Source: Octopus vulgaris (Eukaryota). Taken from it: a stretch of 64,000 bases of DNA. The translations under genes were made by a program, and so were the position numbers. The stretch is from the NCBI GenBank assembly GCA_951406725.2, contig OX597815.1, positions 149,544,001 through 149,608,000 on the forward strand, written 5' to 3'. Under the pieces are notes generated by a model that was not told the DNA's origin, did no database searches, and saw nothing but the letters and a program-made list of their open reading frames with translations. Numbering within the stretch: position 1 is the stretch's first letter; every line of letters begins with the position of its first letter. Below, in pieces: positions 40,917 to 54,730 of this stretch.

Positions 40917-40972
40917 AGAAGGAGAAGAAGAAGAAGAAGAAGAAGAAGAAGAAGAAGAAGAAGAAGAAGAAA
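40180..40972. repeat. ~790 bp (GAA)n polypurine tract with GAT/GAG interruptions
   Basis: Directly visible; the cassette (GAT)nGAAGAACTAGAA occurs three times. Confidence 0.97.
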
Positions 40973-41374
40973 GCATTACGTGGTAAGCACATTTGTTCAA
41001 TAACCCATTCACAGCACTATTAGGTGAAAAATATCTTTAATAAGAAAAATATCTCCTGAAATCATAAAACTACTGGATCTATTATGAAACTACTTTCAAA
41101 CTTTCATATTCCACTCCTAAAATTCGATCATAATTTAGCATGTTCTGATAGTTATAAGATTAATAAACAAGGTCAGTATACGACAGCACACCAATCCCCA
41201 CACACTGCTCTGTTACAAACAGCAATCCTCTAATATTTAATTGTTTGCCTACATAAATAGTGCACCAATGGTGAGTTAAAAATACCACACACACACACAC
41301 ACCAAAGATTGTTTGAAGTCTGTGATTTTAAAATGCTTCGTTAAGTGCATTTACTTGTAAAATATTCGCTTTGT

Positions 41375-41765
41375 AGTCGCATGGCTTCCCAATGACATGG
41401 TTCAGGCTCAGGCCCATTGGGTGGCACCCTGTGCAACTGTCTTCTAGTATAGCCTCGGGCCAACCAAAGCCCTTGAATGGATTGCGTAGACGAAAACTAA
41501 ATAAACCCGTCTTATAAATATGTGAGTGCGTGTGTATATGTGTGCGTGCGTGTTTCTGTGTTTGTCACCCATCATCACTTGACAACCGGTGTTGGTGTGT
41601 TTATGTTCCTGTAACAAAGTGCTTGTGCAAATGTGATGAATAGAGTAATGATCAAGCTTTAGAAAAATACGTACAGGGGGCGATCCATTCAACTAAAAAA
41701 TTTCCCAAACACTGCTCCAGCATGGTCGAAGTTGAATGGCTAAAGTAAGTGAACAAGGAATAAAC
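41375..41765 (+). mobile_element. SINE family 1, degraded
   Basis: GTATAGCCTCGGGCCAACCAAAGCC...CATCACTTGACAACCGGTGTTGGTGTGTTTA...TGCTCCAGCATGG. Confidence 0.8.
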
Positions 41766-41962
41766 AAGATAAAGGCCTCAAATATTTTCACTTCATACCA
41801 GCGGTGATACACGTTGTCCCCACTTTAAGGACGTTAGCCGTATTTTGGCTTTTACGACTTTCGAATTTGTTACAAGATAAAGGATAAGCTTGTAACACTG
41901 CGACTTTGAAAGATTGACATTCAAAGAAATATCTAACTAAATTCATGTAAATTCACAAACAA

Positions 41963-42141
41963 TAGGCGTAGATGTAGCATTGTGGTAAGAGGCTTCCTTG
42001 TTTGCCAACTGCATGGTTCTGGGTTCAGTCTCACTACGTGACACCCCCGACCGACCAAAGCTTTGTGAGTAGACGTGTAGATAGAAATTTAAAGAAGCTT
42101 GTCGTATATATGTGAGCGCGCACGTATTCATGCGTGTGTTT

Positions 42142-42189
<48 letters not shown>

Positions 42190-42458
42190 ATGTGTACGTG
42201 TGTCTTTGTATCTGTGTTTCTGTCTCATCAGCGCTTCTCAACCGGTTCATATATTTACGTCCCTGTAATTTAGCGGGTCGACAAGGAGACAAAGAGAAAA
42301 AGTGTTAGAAAAAGAGGGAAGTAACTCATGCCAGTATTTGGATGGATACTAGGTTTTAAGCAAGTAATTACTGGGTCCGATTCCTTTCACCAAAAGTCCT
42401 TCATGTCAGGGCCCCAGAATGGTCGCAGTTTAATAACTGAAATGGATACAAAGATACA
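41963..42458 (+). mobile_element. SINE family 1, degraded
   Basis: Head TGTGGTAAG...CATGGTTCTGGGTTCAGTCTCAC, CCGACCAAAGCTTTGTGAGT, internal (TG)n, tail CCCCAGAATGGTCGCAGT...ACTGAAA. Confidence 0.78.
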
Positions 42459-42861
42459 GCTGCTGCCTCGCACGGTGAAATTACGTATATATAGAAAAGA
42501 GATTATGGGAAGTGAATGAGAAAATTGTTTGACTCGAAATTGTAATCAAAAGATCTATAAAGAGTATCTCTTGAAGATGGTGAAACAAATTTAACTAAAC
42601 GCACATGCGCACATTAAAATATGACTCATCCTTAGTCATATCTATGTTGTATCTTGCATATTTTCTTATGCTTATAGCGATATGGAGGTAAATACGTATA
42701 TATATTCGTGAATACATTTAATGTGAAGGCGAAATAAGATATGTAGAGAAATTCTGTCAGGCATTTAACGGGGATGTTTACTGTTTCTCCGCATGTTGTC
42801 AATGTATCATCCTATACATTATACATATACATAAACACTCCTATATCTACATGTGTACATA

Positions 42862-42921
<60 letters not shown>

Positions 42922-43757
42922 TATAGATATACATATATATATGTGTGTGTGCGTATAGAGAGCCATATTTACAGACATAGATATATACACGTTCATGCAT
43001 ACATACTCATTCATATGTGTACACATACATAAATATATTTCAATATATGTATGTCTGTACGCGTGTGTGTGTAAAGAAAAAGTGTAAACATACATATATT
43101 CACAAATATCCATTGATATTGACATATAAAAATATGCGTGTGTATGTGTGTGGATATATGTTTGTATGTAGGTATATAAAACCATGTTTACATACGCAAA
43201 TATAAAAAAAATAACACATTTTACATCCTCTCTCACATTCAATTCTACTTTTCATCAGATATATCTCGAAAGAAATCATGTTAAATTTCCATGGTTCAAT
43301 GATTACCTATCTCACCTTTGTTCCTTTATGTAAGTCAATAACATCCGTGCTATTACAGTATAATTCACTCGTTTATCTGCATAGAAAATGAATGCAATCC
43401 CAATTGTTTTCAAACCCAAATCCGGAACGTTACAAAATTTCGCATTTCAATCACGCAGTAAAAACCATATGATTTCAATAAAATAGCTATTAGCTTGCAA
43501 TGGTACATATTTCTTTCATAAGGCATCATTTGTTTTCCATAGTGTTGTGTCAAGAGATTAAGTTATGTGTGTAAAATTAGCAGATCTGCAAGGCAATTTC
43601 TGAAGGATCAAATATTCAATCTTTGCCAACAAACAAGCAGAAGCATTGATTCTCTGATATCACATATTGCCATTGTATATTCGCAACAGCCCCGAGGAAT
43701 TAAATATACACAAAACTAACAGTGACAGTCAGGCACATTGAGAAACACAAATATGTG

Positions 43758-43803
<46 letters not shown>

Positions 43804-43999
43804 ATGCATGTATGTATACACACATACACTCACAACTGTATATATGAATATATATATATATATATATATGCTGTTATATATAATATGGATGCATATTTAT
43901 ACATATACACATATGCATATATTATATAAATACAAGTACATGTGTGTGCATATATATTATGTATTATTTACAAATACAAACACAAACCTACACGCATAT

Positions 44000-44057
<58 letters not shown>

Positions 44058-44736
44058 TGCATTTATGTATATGTATCAATGTATGTATATCTGTGTATAT
44101 ATACAAGTTTTCTTACCATGATTGAAAGGAAAGTGAAAATATTGGATTCGAGAAGCCGGTTGCCGTTATGCAAATATATAGAATTCGATATGAATATCTG
44201 ATCTGAGAGCAGATTGGTTTTAGTATTGACAAAACTGACATTATTGAGGTGTGTTGCTACGTATTTCTCTTCCAATTATAATGGCTATTGATAAGATACT
44301 TATGGAAGCCTAAACTGCAATAAAGTGACGCTTGCTTAAATTTCAATTTTCCATTCCCAAAATCTATTACGATCATTTTTAAAGTTAGAAAAATAATTTA
44401 GAACTGTTCTAAATCGAATGATACAAAAGAAATACAGAATTTGGTAAACGGAAGAGAGAAAATATGGCAGAGAGACAGAAAGAATAGGAGATGAATGAGA
44501 AGCTAGATGTATTCATATTCAGAAAGAATGAAAGGAAGATAGGCAAAAGAAATTTTATGGGGGAACCTCTTATATTCGGTGAGAATTTTCTCCGCCGAAA
44601 GCCAATATCTTATGAAATCAGTCACGAGTAAAGAAAGATATATCTACATTGCTAACGATATTACTGTTGATTTATTTTCAAATTCACGCGCTCAAACATA
44701 GTTACATACATACATAATACATACATACACGCGCAC

Positions 44737-44772
<36 letters not shown>

Positions 44773-44852
44773 AATATATAGAGACAGACAGATAAATGGA
44801 TAAACAGATAGATATATTAAATATACCTGTATGTGTATACACACACCCACCT

Positions 44853-44906
<54 letters not shown>

Positions 44907-44959
44907 GCTAATACTCACTACTCACAAGAAGTTCAGGTTTTATATACTATTAAAACATC

Positions 44960-46150
44960 TAGCACTGCTCGCACTGACAGTCCCAAGATTTGCAGGGTCA
45001 AAGTTGAAGTGAAATTTCAAGAAAGGTAATTTGGGTATTATATTGCATCCCAAGGCTTTCTATGTTCTCTGCTCTCTGACTCCCCCAAATCATTCTGTAA
45101 ACTTAAATGATAGCCAAATCATCTTTTTCAGCATAATTGAGCTCTTCATCAGATTTTTAGTCTCTCATCTGGTCCATAATCTGTGGCCAAATGTGCCTTC
45201 CTTGATTTTTGCATCGCTTACTCTTGGAAACTTAGTTTTCAAACACGTGAATCCCTCGACAGATCTATCGCTATCTTTGGCGAAATTCTTCATCAACCTT
45301 AGCTCAATATGCAAAGGAGGCAGATAGATTTCCCTAAAATCAACAAGGGGAGGATTGATGATATTCTTTTGTCCAGGGGTCAGAGATCGTTTCGGTCACA
45401 CGTTCTTTACATCATGATTGTTCTTATCTCGACTGACCTACTCACAGAGAAAGCAATAAAATTTGATACAACCCTGTTGGATTCCAAGTAAAAGTGCCAC
45501 AACCTGTAGGTCCCCACAATTATTCTACTTAAGTTCCTCATACTTAGTTATTTTACAACAGAAACTTCATATTCTCTTGCTTCCTTAATGTTAGCTACTT
45601 GTAAAACTTATTTCAATTGTGGAGCAAAACTGCTTTGACGCTTACTTTGGAGGAATCAATAAACAAACGTCACTCATTTTCTGGAGAAGATGCCATACCT
45701 TTAACCTGGAACCAAGAGTTTAGCTTGCTTTTTCGACAAGTTTAAATACCCCACAAGGTCATTCAGATTTGTCTGACTTAACAAATGTGGTTCACTTGAA
45801 GAACGGTCAGGCTCAAAGTCCATGTCTTATGTTTCTTTCTCCAAATCTTCATCACTTGACTCGTCGTCACTAAGTGTCATTTGTTTTGGAGGGTCAGACA
45901 CAGGTAAGTGTTGACTGTGAAGTACTGGTTTCATAGCAGACTGTAAATGAAGGTATTTTACAGTGTGCTTGGATTGTGATGTTACAACTTGTATATTCGT
46001 CATGCAGAACTAGCTACTTGAAGTGTGATTTTTGGACTCTCACCAAATCATAGGAATGGCAAAACGCATATGTCGTGAATCCTTAAGCCATGCAGTGGGA
46101 ATCTTGATACAGGTTACACAACACGCATGTGGGTCTCAGCTTTATCCTGG
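44960..46150 (-). mobile_element. Chapaev (CMC, Chapaev3-like) transposase pseudogene
   Basis: Minus-strand fragments CCVTCIK, FAIPMIW, SKHTVKY..LQSAMKPV, RLFIDSSKVSVKAVLLHN, GDLQVVALLLG, YLPPLHIELRLMKNF, SDAKIKEG, LGCN...NLGTVS; frameshifts and stops. Confidence 0.82.
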
Positions 46151-47245
46151 CCAACCATTTTGCAATGAAAATAATGCTCATAGAGACCTAAAGAATATTG
46201 CCTTAAATGAAAAAGAAATATTTTCTATGTCACAAAAAGGAAGGGATTGTATAGTCGTCATTGGATTGTTCGATTCCGGTGAAACATTTGCTAAAGAAAT
46301 TTATTCATGAGACGAAGGGAAGAAATATTTTTTAGTGATGAATCCAATTTATTTACATTTTAGAAGGATTTACCATTAATGCGTTAGAATGTGATGTTAT
46401 TTATAAATTTAATATTTCAAACAAGAATTTATCTCGTAGAGACTTTGCATTCAGAAGTAAATAATTATTGAATATTTCTCAGGATAGTTCTAATCAAGCA
46501 AACATATTCACCGAAATCTCCCTTGGCCACTATGATATTTTGACAAATTTTATCCATTTACTTCTTATAAAGGCTCCAGGAATAATTTCAGAGAAATGAA
46601 TATCTATTTCAAGCAGGTCATGCAAACTTACAAGAGCGTTCTAAAACTAGAACATTGACGTATAAATATTTGTTGATACATGCTGCAGGTATGTATATAT
46701 TAATTTATTCCAAGATGCATTAGTTGAAGCCTATTTCAAAACGTTTATAGATGAAATATCGATATAATAATTAAAAGTAGACCAGCAGATGAGAATGTAT
46801 AAGGATACGTTTTGGCAATAAATGCGATATCGGAAGTGAATGGTAGAGTAACAGCCCCAAGAAATAAAATTTTCATCTTCATCTCATTCAGTAAACATTG
46901 CAATATATTGCATATTGATTTTGGTGTTCTAGCGTGTAATCCGCATTACGCCTCCATAGAACCGATATAAACAGTATCGGTATTCCCACAATAGAGTAAA
47001 TTGTAGTTTTTCAGGCAAAAAATAAAGGATCACTACTCATCCTCAAGGTAATTATCCACATGGTTAAGTAGGTACATGCATTTATTTATAATTACCTTCA
47101 AAGATACACATACATGCACAGATGCACACATACACACACGCCGACATATGTATATATATATGTGTATGTGTGTGTGTATGTATATATACGTATATTCAAA
47201 CACATGTATATATATATAAACATATATATATGCGTATGTATGTTT

Positions 47246-47312
<67 letters not shown>

Positions 47313-47429
47313 GTTAGAAAGATATATCTGTGAATATATACATACGTATATGTGCATACTTACACATATAAGTATATATATATATAAGTGTATATATATA
47401 TATATATGCATTGCACCTTCTTCCATCCT

Positions 47430-49445
47430 AAATTGTGCCAAACATCTGTGTCATTAAAGATGTACTTGAAGCCAGAATGCAATCACCACATAACGATCAA
47501 AAAATAAATATAAAGAGCAACAGAGGAGACCTACAACAACAAAACCAAAATACAACCACATTTCACCTCCTACAACCAAACAACGAAGACAGAACGATGG
47601 AAAAGCCATAACACCAAATAACATAAACATGAACTATGTATCCTCTGACCAAGTGACAAACCAAAGAGGCAACTCTTTTTTACTAACAATAATAAATCTC
47701 TGAGCGAGGTATAAACAGTAGCTGCATGACATCGTAAGGTACAACTGTCACTTAAATGTGGCTAACCCCTGAGAGTGGATGCTACTGTAGCTTGTAGCTC
47801 CAGGTGTCCTCCTAGAGCTAGAAGCTACATTAGCATATACCCTTAGGGGTTAGCCACATTTAAGTGGTAAATATACTTTACGATGTATTTTTTACTACCT
47901 TATCTAGAAAATATGTAAGCCGATATAAGCCAGGAGATCCAACGAGCTATCAGCAACCTTTTATGCAAAATACAAGGAACACACACCCACCACAAACTAG
48001 AAAATCATACACATACAGCTCCATACAAAAACTACCCTCATTGCTACCACTGAACAACATAAAACATAACTTAGAACAATGTAACTATCAAACTGCCCTT
48101 ACCTCGACATTCTTGTTAAATGTACCTGGCATGAACCCATCAATTATTGCCAAAAAATGAAGGACCCCATATATAGAGAGTTGGCTTGCCGAAACGGCAT
48201 ATTGCTTCCTTTTCTTTATCCTTACTGAAACTTACCTGAACAGCACACATATGGGTGCCGAGGTGAAAATATAAGATTTCACCATCGTACGTGCAGATCG
48301 CACAGACCGAAATATAGGGGGGAGCAGCCATCTTTCTCTATGACTCCTTTTCAGTTGATGCCAAGGACATATTTTCCAATGGCTATTGTTAATCTATATC
48401 AATATTCAACAAGGCCAAAAACATCATCATTGTTGATCTTTACAGGCCTCCCCAATCACATCTAAATTGCTTTGAAGTGTGCCTCAACAAAATCAAGTCC
48501 TTCCTTCAAAAATGCAACTTCGGAAATATACTAATGGTGGGTGATTTTAACCTCCCTCTTATACACTGGCCCATAAATACTCAGAGGTTAGGCAAATGCT
48601 CTACATCAGATAAAGCAGCAGCAGAATTACTCTTTGATCTAATAGATAATTTTTTCCTGTCTCAGATAATGCTCGAATCAGCAAGACAGAATAAAACGAT
48701 CTTGGATCTAATATTAACCAACCACTCCATTCACAGTATTTCAGTTGAAAAAACTCTCCTCGCAGACGACGACATGATACTCTGCAATTTCGATTCCCGG
48801 CATATCAAAACCAAACCAGCCAATCCCACTCCATGGCACTCATTTGACAACATAAACTTCCACAAACCGGACTGGAGAGCAATCAGAAAGGATCTGTCCT
48901 CCATCGACTGGTTTTTCATTCTCACTTCCACTCATACTGAGACCGCATGACAGCACTTTGAAAACATTGTCACCTATACATGCTCAAAACAGGCTCCTAC
49001 GAAATCCATTAACACAAACAGAAACCGGCTCCTTAAAAAGAAAAAAAAAACACTCATCAGGCGCATGAAAAGACACAATAAAAAAATTAACCAATTACAA
49101 TACTCCCTCGTACAACATCCAAATTCAACAACAATGAAAAGGTTTGAGTTGGAAAAACTTCATCTACAGACTGACATGAAAATCAAATAGCTGCGGAGGA
49201 ATAGTGGGTAATCAAAAGCATCAAAAAGAACCCCAAAGTGTTCTATTACTATGTAAATAAGCATAGGACCGCTGTCTCAACCATTGGGCCATTGAGCGAT
49301 GATAATGGCATTCCCCATTACGATGCTAAAGAAATGGCAGAAATACTGCAGAAACAATACTGCTCTGTCTTTAGTGATCCCACTGATATTGACGTAAGAG
49401 AAGCGAACGAAGTTGATTCCCAACATAACATCTCAGACATAATAC
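47430..49445 (+). mobile_element. CR1-group LINE fragment: APE endonuclease and linker
   Basis: ILTETYL, RADR...GGAAIF, LYRPP, MVGDFNLPLIHW, LDLILTN, then IKKNPKVFYYY...IGPL...MAEILQKQYCSVFS; stops and frameshifts; truncated by a SINE. 5' boundary uncertain. Confidence 0.85.
47728..47888. repeat. Palindromic MITE-like insertion
   Basis: CACTTAAATGTGGCTAACCCCT...GCTA.TGTAGCTT.TAGCTC / GAGCTAGAAGCTACATTAGC...AGGGGTTAGCCACATTTAAGTG, a near-perfect hairpin. Confidence 0.88.
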
Positions 49446-49454
49446 ATATGTATA

Positions 49455-49615
49455 TACGAAAGGTTTCCTTCAGTTTCCGTCTACCAAATCCGCTCACAAG
49501 TCTCTGGTCGACCCGAAGCAATAGTAGAGGGCACCTGACCAAGGTGCCACGCACTGGGACTGAATTCGAAATCATGTGGTTGGTAAGCAAGCTACTTATC
49601 ATACAGACACGCCTA
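49455..49615 (-). mobile_element. SINE family 1, 5' half
   Basis: Minus strand AGTAGCTTGCTTACCAACCACATG...TTCAGTCCCAGTGCGTGGCACCTTGG...GGTAGACGGAAACTGAAGGAA. Confidence 0.85.
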
Positions 49616-49683
49616 TGTATATAATGTGTGTGTGTATATGTATTTATATGTAAATGTGTATGTATGCAGGTGTGTTGAGTATA

Positions 49684-49784
<101 letters not shown>

Positions 49785-50197
49785 CATGGATGTATGTCAA
49801 TGTTTTTGCATATGCTTACTATAATTACATGTTAAATTAGTTATTTTACTCATTTCAAAACACTCACCCCTCGTAATGGAAATTTCTACACCTAATAATC
49901 TCTTGACGTTATATTTTTAATGGTGCAATCTGTTAAGAAACAGCAAGAATTTTTTTCACACTTTTGACTTGATTTCAAGCTGTTGTTCCCATTCTCTGCT
50001 CATAGATGTGGAATGAAAACGGTTGTGATTTTGTAATAGTGTATGAAAACGTTTGTGATTTTGTTATAGTGTTTAGCACTATATAAGGCGCGGGGAACAT
50101 ATTGGTATTTATGCTTTGTCCGATTAAATAATTGTTTCACTTTCAACGTTCTATGCTCTTGCTCACTTCTCCTGTTTTCCCTCTTCTCTTGTTCTCG

Positions 50198-50247
<50 letters not shown>

Positions 50248-51330
50248 GTCTTTGATCATGTCACTTGCAGAAAATTAGCACAATTATGTATGTAATGATG
50301 CACATGTACACACACACCTACACACAATCACACACCGACACTGGCACACACACACACACACACACATATGTATACATACATACTTATACACATACATGAA
50401 AGCAGAGTGTTAGTATAAGTGTGCTGCGCATCAGTAATGTTTCGTTGCTATTTTCCATTTGTTTGACACTGCCCTGTACATCAGGATGAACATATACTGT
50501 AGGCTTCATTTACAGTAGGGAATAATCTTTTCTATGCAAAATGCAATAACAGAGAAATGATACTCCACGGAGAGAGATGCTGCACCATTTCTGAAATATA
50601 TCAATAGAAATAGAAAAAATATAGATATGCTTTTGAAGTTTTTGCGCGGTCGATAATAACCTTAAAACACGAATGCCCATATAAGCATTCATTGAATGAA
50701 ATATACACATGAAAGATTGTCGAATATATCCAAATAATCTTAGAAATATTAACTATAAAGACTGTAAGTTGCTGACGATGTCCTGAGTTCATTTCATAAC
50801 GCAGGAAACATTATCTTCAGACGAGCCAATTTTGGAGATCTATATAATCTTTCAAACTGACTACGAATAATCGAAAATTCTAAAACAACTTTCTATGAGA
50901 AAGAAATGTATTCTGAAACACAAAAAATATCCTTGTGACAGACATATATGAATTACGTTTGATCATCCTTCTCCTTAATCATAATTGTTCTAGTGTTAAA
51001 ATATGCAGGGAGCAAAAGCTTTACCATCGGAGAACACTATATCACGGAAACCTTCCTCAAAATATCCGACAGATATCAACAGTTTATCTTCTGCCTCCAT
51101 TCCACTGCATATCAACTCCGAATAAATAAATGATAATAAGTATATGCCAAGAAATCAGAAACATCATCTAAATAATTGTAGGGCATATTTCTAAGATTAA
51201 GGGCATTCTGTAAAGAAGGAAAAAATAGTTTCACGAACATTATGCATTTTAAGTGTATATACCTTTCCTTTCAGACATTCTTTCAAGTGCTCATGTACAA
51301 CGTGAACACGCTCACTAAATGAATCACATA

Positions 51331-51646
51331 TCTATTATGTAAAATACGTTCCGTCTGCCTGTGTGAGTGTCTTCTAAGATCTCAGGCATCATCCATCCGA
51401 TTGCGCTCAAATTTGATATGTAGATACCGACGGTATGAGGGCGTGTATAAGTCTTGAAAAAATTACAAAAATCGATTCCATGTGAGACTGCCATCGATAA
51501 AGCAGTACTTTTTGAAGAAGTTGTCCAATTTTGATTTTACTTTTATGGGAACCATTTCGCCCGCATATTTTCCTTCAAAATTATGAAAGAAATCTAACGA
51601 CGAAGCATCGCAATATATGGCATATTTATTTTGGCGTTCTTGCTAG
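51331..51646 (+). mobile_element. Degraded non-autonomous Helitron
   Basis: A|TCTATTATGTAAAA start, TCCGATTGCGCTCAAATTTG, ends TTGCTAG|T; subterminal hairpin not intact. Confidence 0.55.
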
Positions 51647-51710
51647 TAAGTTGAATTACTTAACCAGAGTTTCGATATAAATGCTATATATATATATATA
51701 TATATATATA

Positions 51711-51889
51711 GGGAGAGTTTAAGAAAAAAAAACAAAAGACGAAGGCAGATGGTGTACAAAACAAACAGATATATTAGTATAACGCTCAGGATTGGAAAAA
51801 GTCTTTTACGTTTCGAGCCTACGATCTTCTACTGAAAGGGACACAGAAAAAACAAAGAGAGAAAAAATGTGTGTAGTGGCTAACGATCT

Positions 51890-51893
<4 letters not shown>
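51711..51893 (-). mobile_element. Short Penelope pLTR-like element with degenerate hammerhead (51802-51838)
   Basis: Minus strand CTTT-CAGTAGA-AGATCGTAGGCTC-GAAA-CG-TA-AAAG; same family as 33170-33410; lies between TA tracts. Confidence 0.65.
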
Positions 51894-51943
<50 letters not shown>

Positions 51944-52206
51944 CATATCAAAGAGAAATGGCATATAATTAAAATTAAAATATTTAATCAAAATTTACAT
52001 TTCCAGTGGTCTAACGTGCAAAAAAAAATTAGTCAAGAAGACTATATATTAGTCGTACGATATAGTGCATATTTATTCACATAAGGAATCCACCTTACGT
52101 GAAATTCAACACATTAGAAAGAACAGCTGGGTTCTGTAAACCACAAAAATAACGGATAAAATTCGACAGGAATAAATTTGGAAATGAAAAACATTTACCA
52201 TCTAGT

Positions 52207-52285
52207 ATCCTGGACCAAAGTGGTTTCAGATCCTCTTTTAGCAAGTCAGGGGGAACTCACAATGTCTGATCTTCTTCAGCAAGGT
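52207..52285 (-). ncRNA. Type I hammerhead ribozyme
   Basis: CTTG-CTGAAGA-AGATC(35 nt)GATCT-GAAA-CCA(CTT)TGG-TC-CAGG: complete core and three stems; predicted GUC cleavage after 52213. Confidence 0.78.
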
Positions 52286-52715
52286 CCAACCTAGGGTTAA
52301 ACATATTCAACAGGAGACAAACAAGGCTACTTGTCTCGTGTTCATACGAACTAACTTTTCAAATTTTTTCTGCGCAATCGCAGTCCAATCGCTGGCTACA
52401 ATAAAAACCGCCAACTTTAACCGAGAATTATCCAAAAACTTACAATATTTAATCATATCAAAGGGAAATGGAATTTAATTAAAATTAAAATATTTAATCA
52501 AAATTTACATTTCCAGTGGTCTAACGTGCAAAAACAATTAGTCAAGAAGATTATATATTAGTCATACGATATAGTGCATATTTATTCACATAAGGAATCC
52601 ACTTTACGTGAAATTCAACACATTAGAAAGAACAGCTAGGTTCTGTAAACCACAAACATAACGGATAAAATTCGACAGGAATAAATTTGGAAATAAAAAA
52701 CATTTACCATCTAGT

Positions 52716-52794
52716 ACCCTGGACCAAAATGGTTTCTGATCTTCTTTTAGCAAGTCAGGGGGAACTCACAATGTCTGATCTTCTTCAGGAAGGT
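52716..52794 (-). ncRNA. Type I hammerhead ribozyme, second copy, partly degenerate
   Basis: ACCTTC-CTGAAGA-AGATC...GATCA-GAAA-CCA(TTT)TGG-TC-CAGGGT: core intact, but the core-proximal pairs of stems I and II are mismatched; GUC site after 52722. Confidence 0.65.
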
Positions 52795-52821
52795 CCAAAC
52801 TAGGGTTAAACATATTCAACG

Positions 52822-52859
<38 letters not shown>

Positions 52860-54698
52860 CAGCTTTTACACGGGTAGTAATCAGTATAAGAAAGTACTAA
52901 ACCTATTTCATACATAAGAACTATGAGGGGAGTTATACAGCATTCTTTCCCTAAGTCTAACTCTTGTATTAACTAGCGTTGATTACTTTACATTCTTCGA
53001 ATTAATGTTAAATCTCTTTTAGCTTCAACTGTATTGTTGTGTGTTACAGGTTAAATATTTTTTTTTCCTTCGATGAATGTATAAATATATGTCTGCTTAT
53101 GGAATATGGCACATACAGTATGATCACGGCTGATCGGAGAGTCTATTTCCCTCTATATTTCCTTTGTTGACTTTACGGTAGTGTTGGGGTTCCCATTTGT
53201 TTAGGCTTATCGTTACATTCAGGAAATTTACTATCAAGACAGTATTCATTGCAATTTTATATATTCAGTTCTTTAAATATGTTTTTGTATATTGTTAGGT
53301 CTATCCATATGATGTGTGTTAATGCAATAGTTTATGAAAAGGTCATCATCTTTGTAGATGATGCAATTCAAGCTCTATCAGTAAGGTATCTACATATGTG
53401 TGTATATCGTCTCTATGCTTATGCGCAGTTGCGTATATTTATATTTGGGTGTGAATGCTACTTTAAGTGAATACTTCAAAGAAAATGCATTTTGTAATCT
53501 TCAGCCATAACTTATTCAGAATTTTGAACTTCATGAAATAATATATGCCGAAACAGATAACAGTTTTATTCGATGTACTTTGTTCTCTAACATTTTCTCT
53601 TATAAAATTTTTTTTTTTCAATAAACTCATAGAAAACGGAAAGACAACGATCACAGATTCACGACAAATGAATTCCATTTGGCACTTAATATCCCCCATT
53701 ATCTGCTTGAAATTTCGGGCTGAAAGCTGCTTAATTTTCTCAATCTTTTTAAAATTGGCAACAGGAAAGCATACACGTTCAATAATTTGTATATGAAAAG
53801 TATAGGTTATTATTTTATTTTTAGTTTTATTCAATATCATAAATTCAAAATGTGTGTAGTGTCTTCGCACAGATAGTATCATAATTGGCAAAGATAATCA
53901 CATAGATTCATTTCTAACATTTATCGGTGTAAAAATGTACCCGTATTATGTAAATAGATCACTACATACACGTTTTTCAACATATAGCGTATTCACGTTG
54001 ATGAGCTACGAATGTACATTTTTTTTTCAGAAAGTAGAACAATGAATTATTAACTGTATGAAATATGATTTGATTACCTAATGATTGATATTCAGGTTCA
54101 ATAGGCAATTCTTTTTGTATGATTAATGATGAGTTGTTATTGATTTTTGATTTCTTAAATCGGGGATTTCGATATAGGTGTTGTTAAATTTGTACATTTA
54201 GACGTTGTCATCTAAAAAGAAGAGCGAGCACAATGGAAGAATATATGGAAGCTTTTTATTTTAGAGACAGAATTTTGTGGTAAGTGAGGGCATATTATTC
54301 TAAGATTTTAGATACAGAATATATGACGAGGAGGGAACTAATATACCGTTGAGTGGTTTTCGTGTCAAAAATTTCAGAATATATATTGTTTTGTCGGAAT
54401 ATTATGTGATTGAATTATCATTGAGCATCACCAGAAAAAGGATACGCATGCGGATAAATCGCGATTATTTCTCTATAAACAGTAACATCCAAAACTATCT
54501 AAACATGAGCATACTCAATCCGTACGTGTTTTCCACTTCACTGATTTTCTCTCGAGGCCTTATTTAACCAGTGTGACTAAAAAGCTCGTCAAGTGAAACA
54601 CACATATATACGCACAGACACGCACACTTGCACACACATAACCACACATACACACACAAAGGTACGCACATGCACACGTACCATACGCACATAGATAA

Positions 54699-54730
<32 letters not shown>

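Larger units (their letters stand above)
51941..52820 (-). mobile_element. Retrozyme-like / tandem pLTR element: two ~370 bp direct repeats around a 139 bp spacer
   Basis: 51941-52311 and 52451-52820 differ at about 17 positions by eye count; each carries a minus-strand hammerhead; no ORF; (TA)n on both sides. Confidence 0.8.

Noticed and set aside
40383-41012. Poly-S/F/L and poly-E/R/K ORFs
   Set aside because: Read-through of the (GAA)n tract, with frequent frame-breaking indels and no splice or domain evidence.
50770-50825. CTGACGA...GAAA (plus) and CTGAAGA...GAAA (minus) motifs
   Set aside because: No consistent stem I, stem III or UH site on either strand; likely chance.
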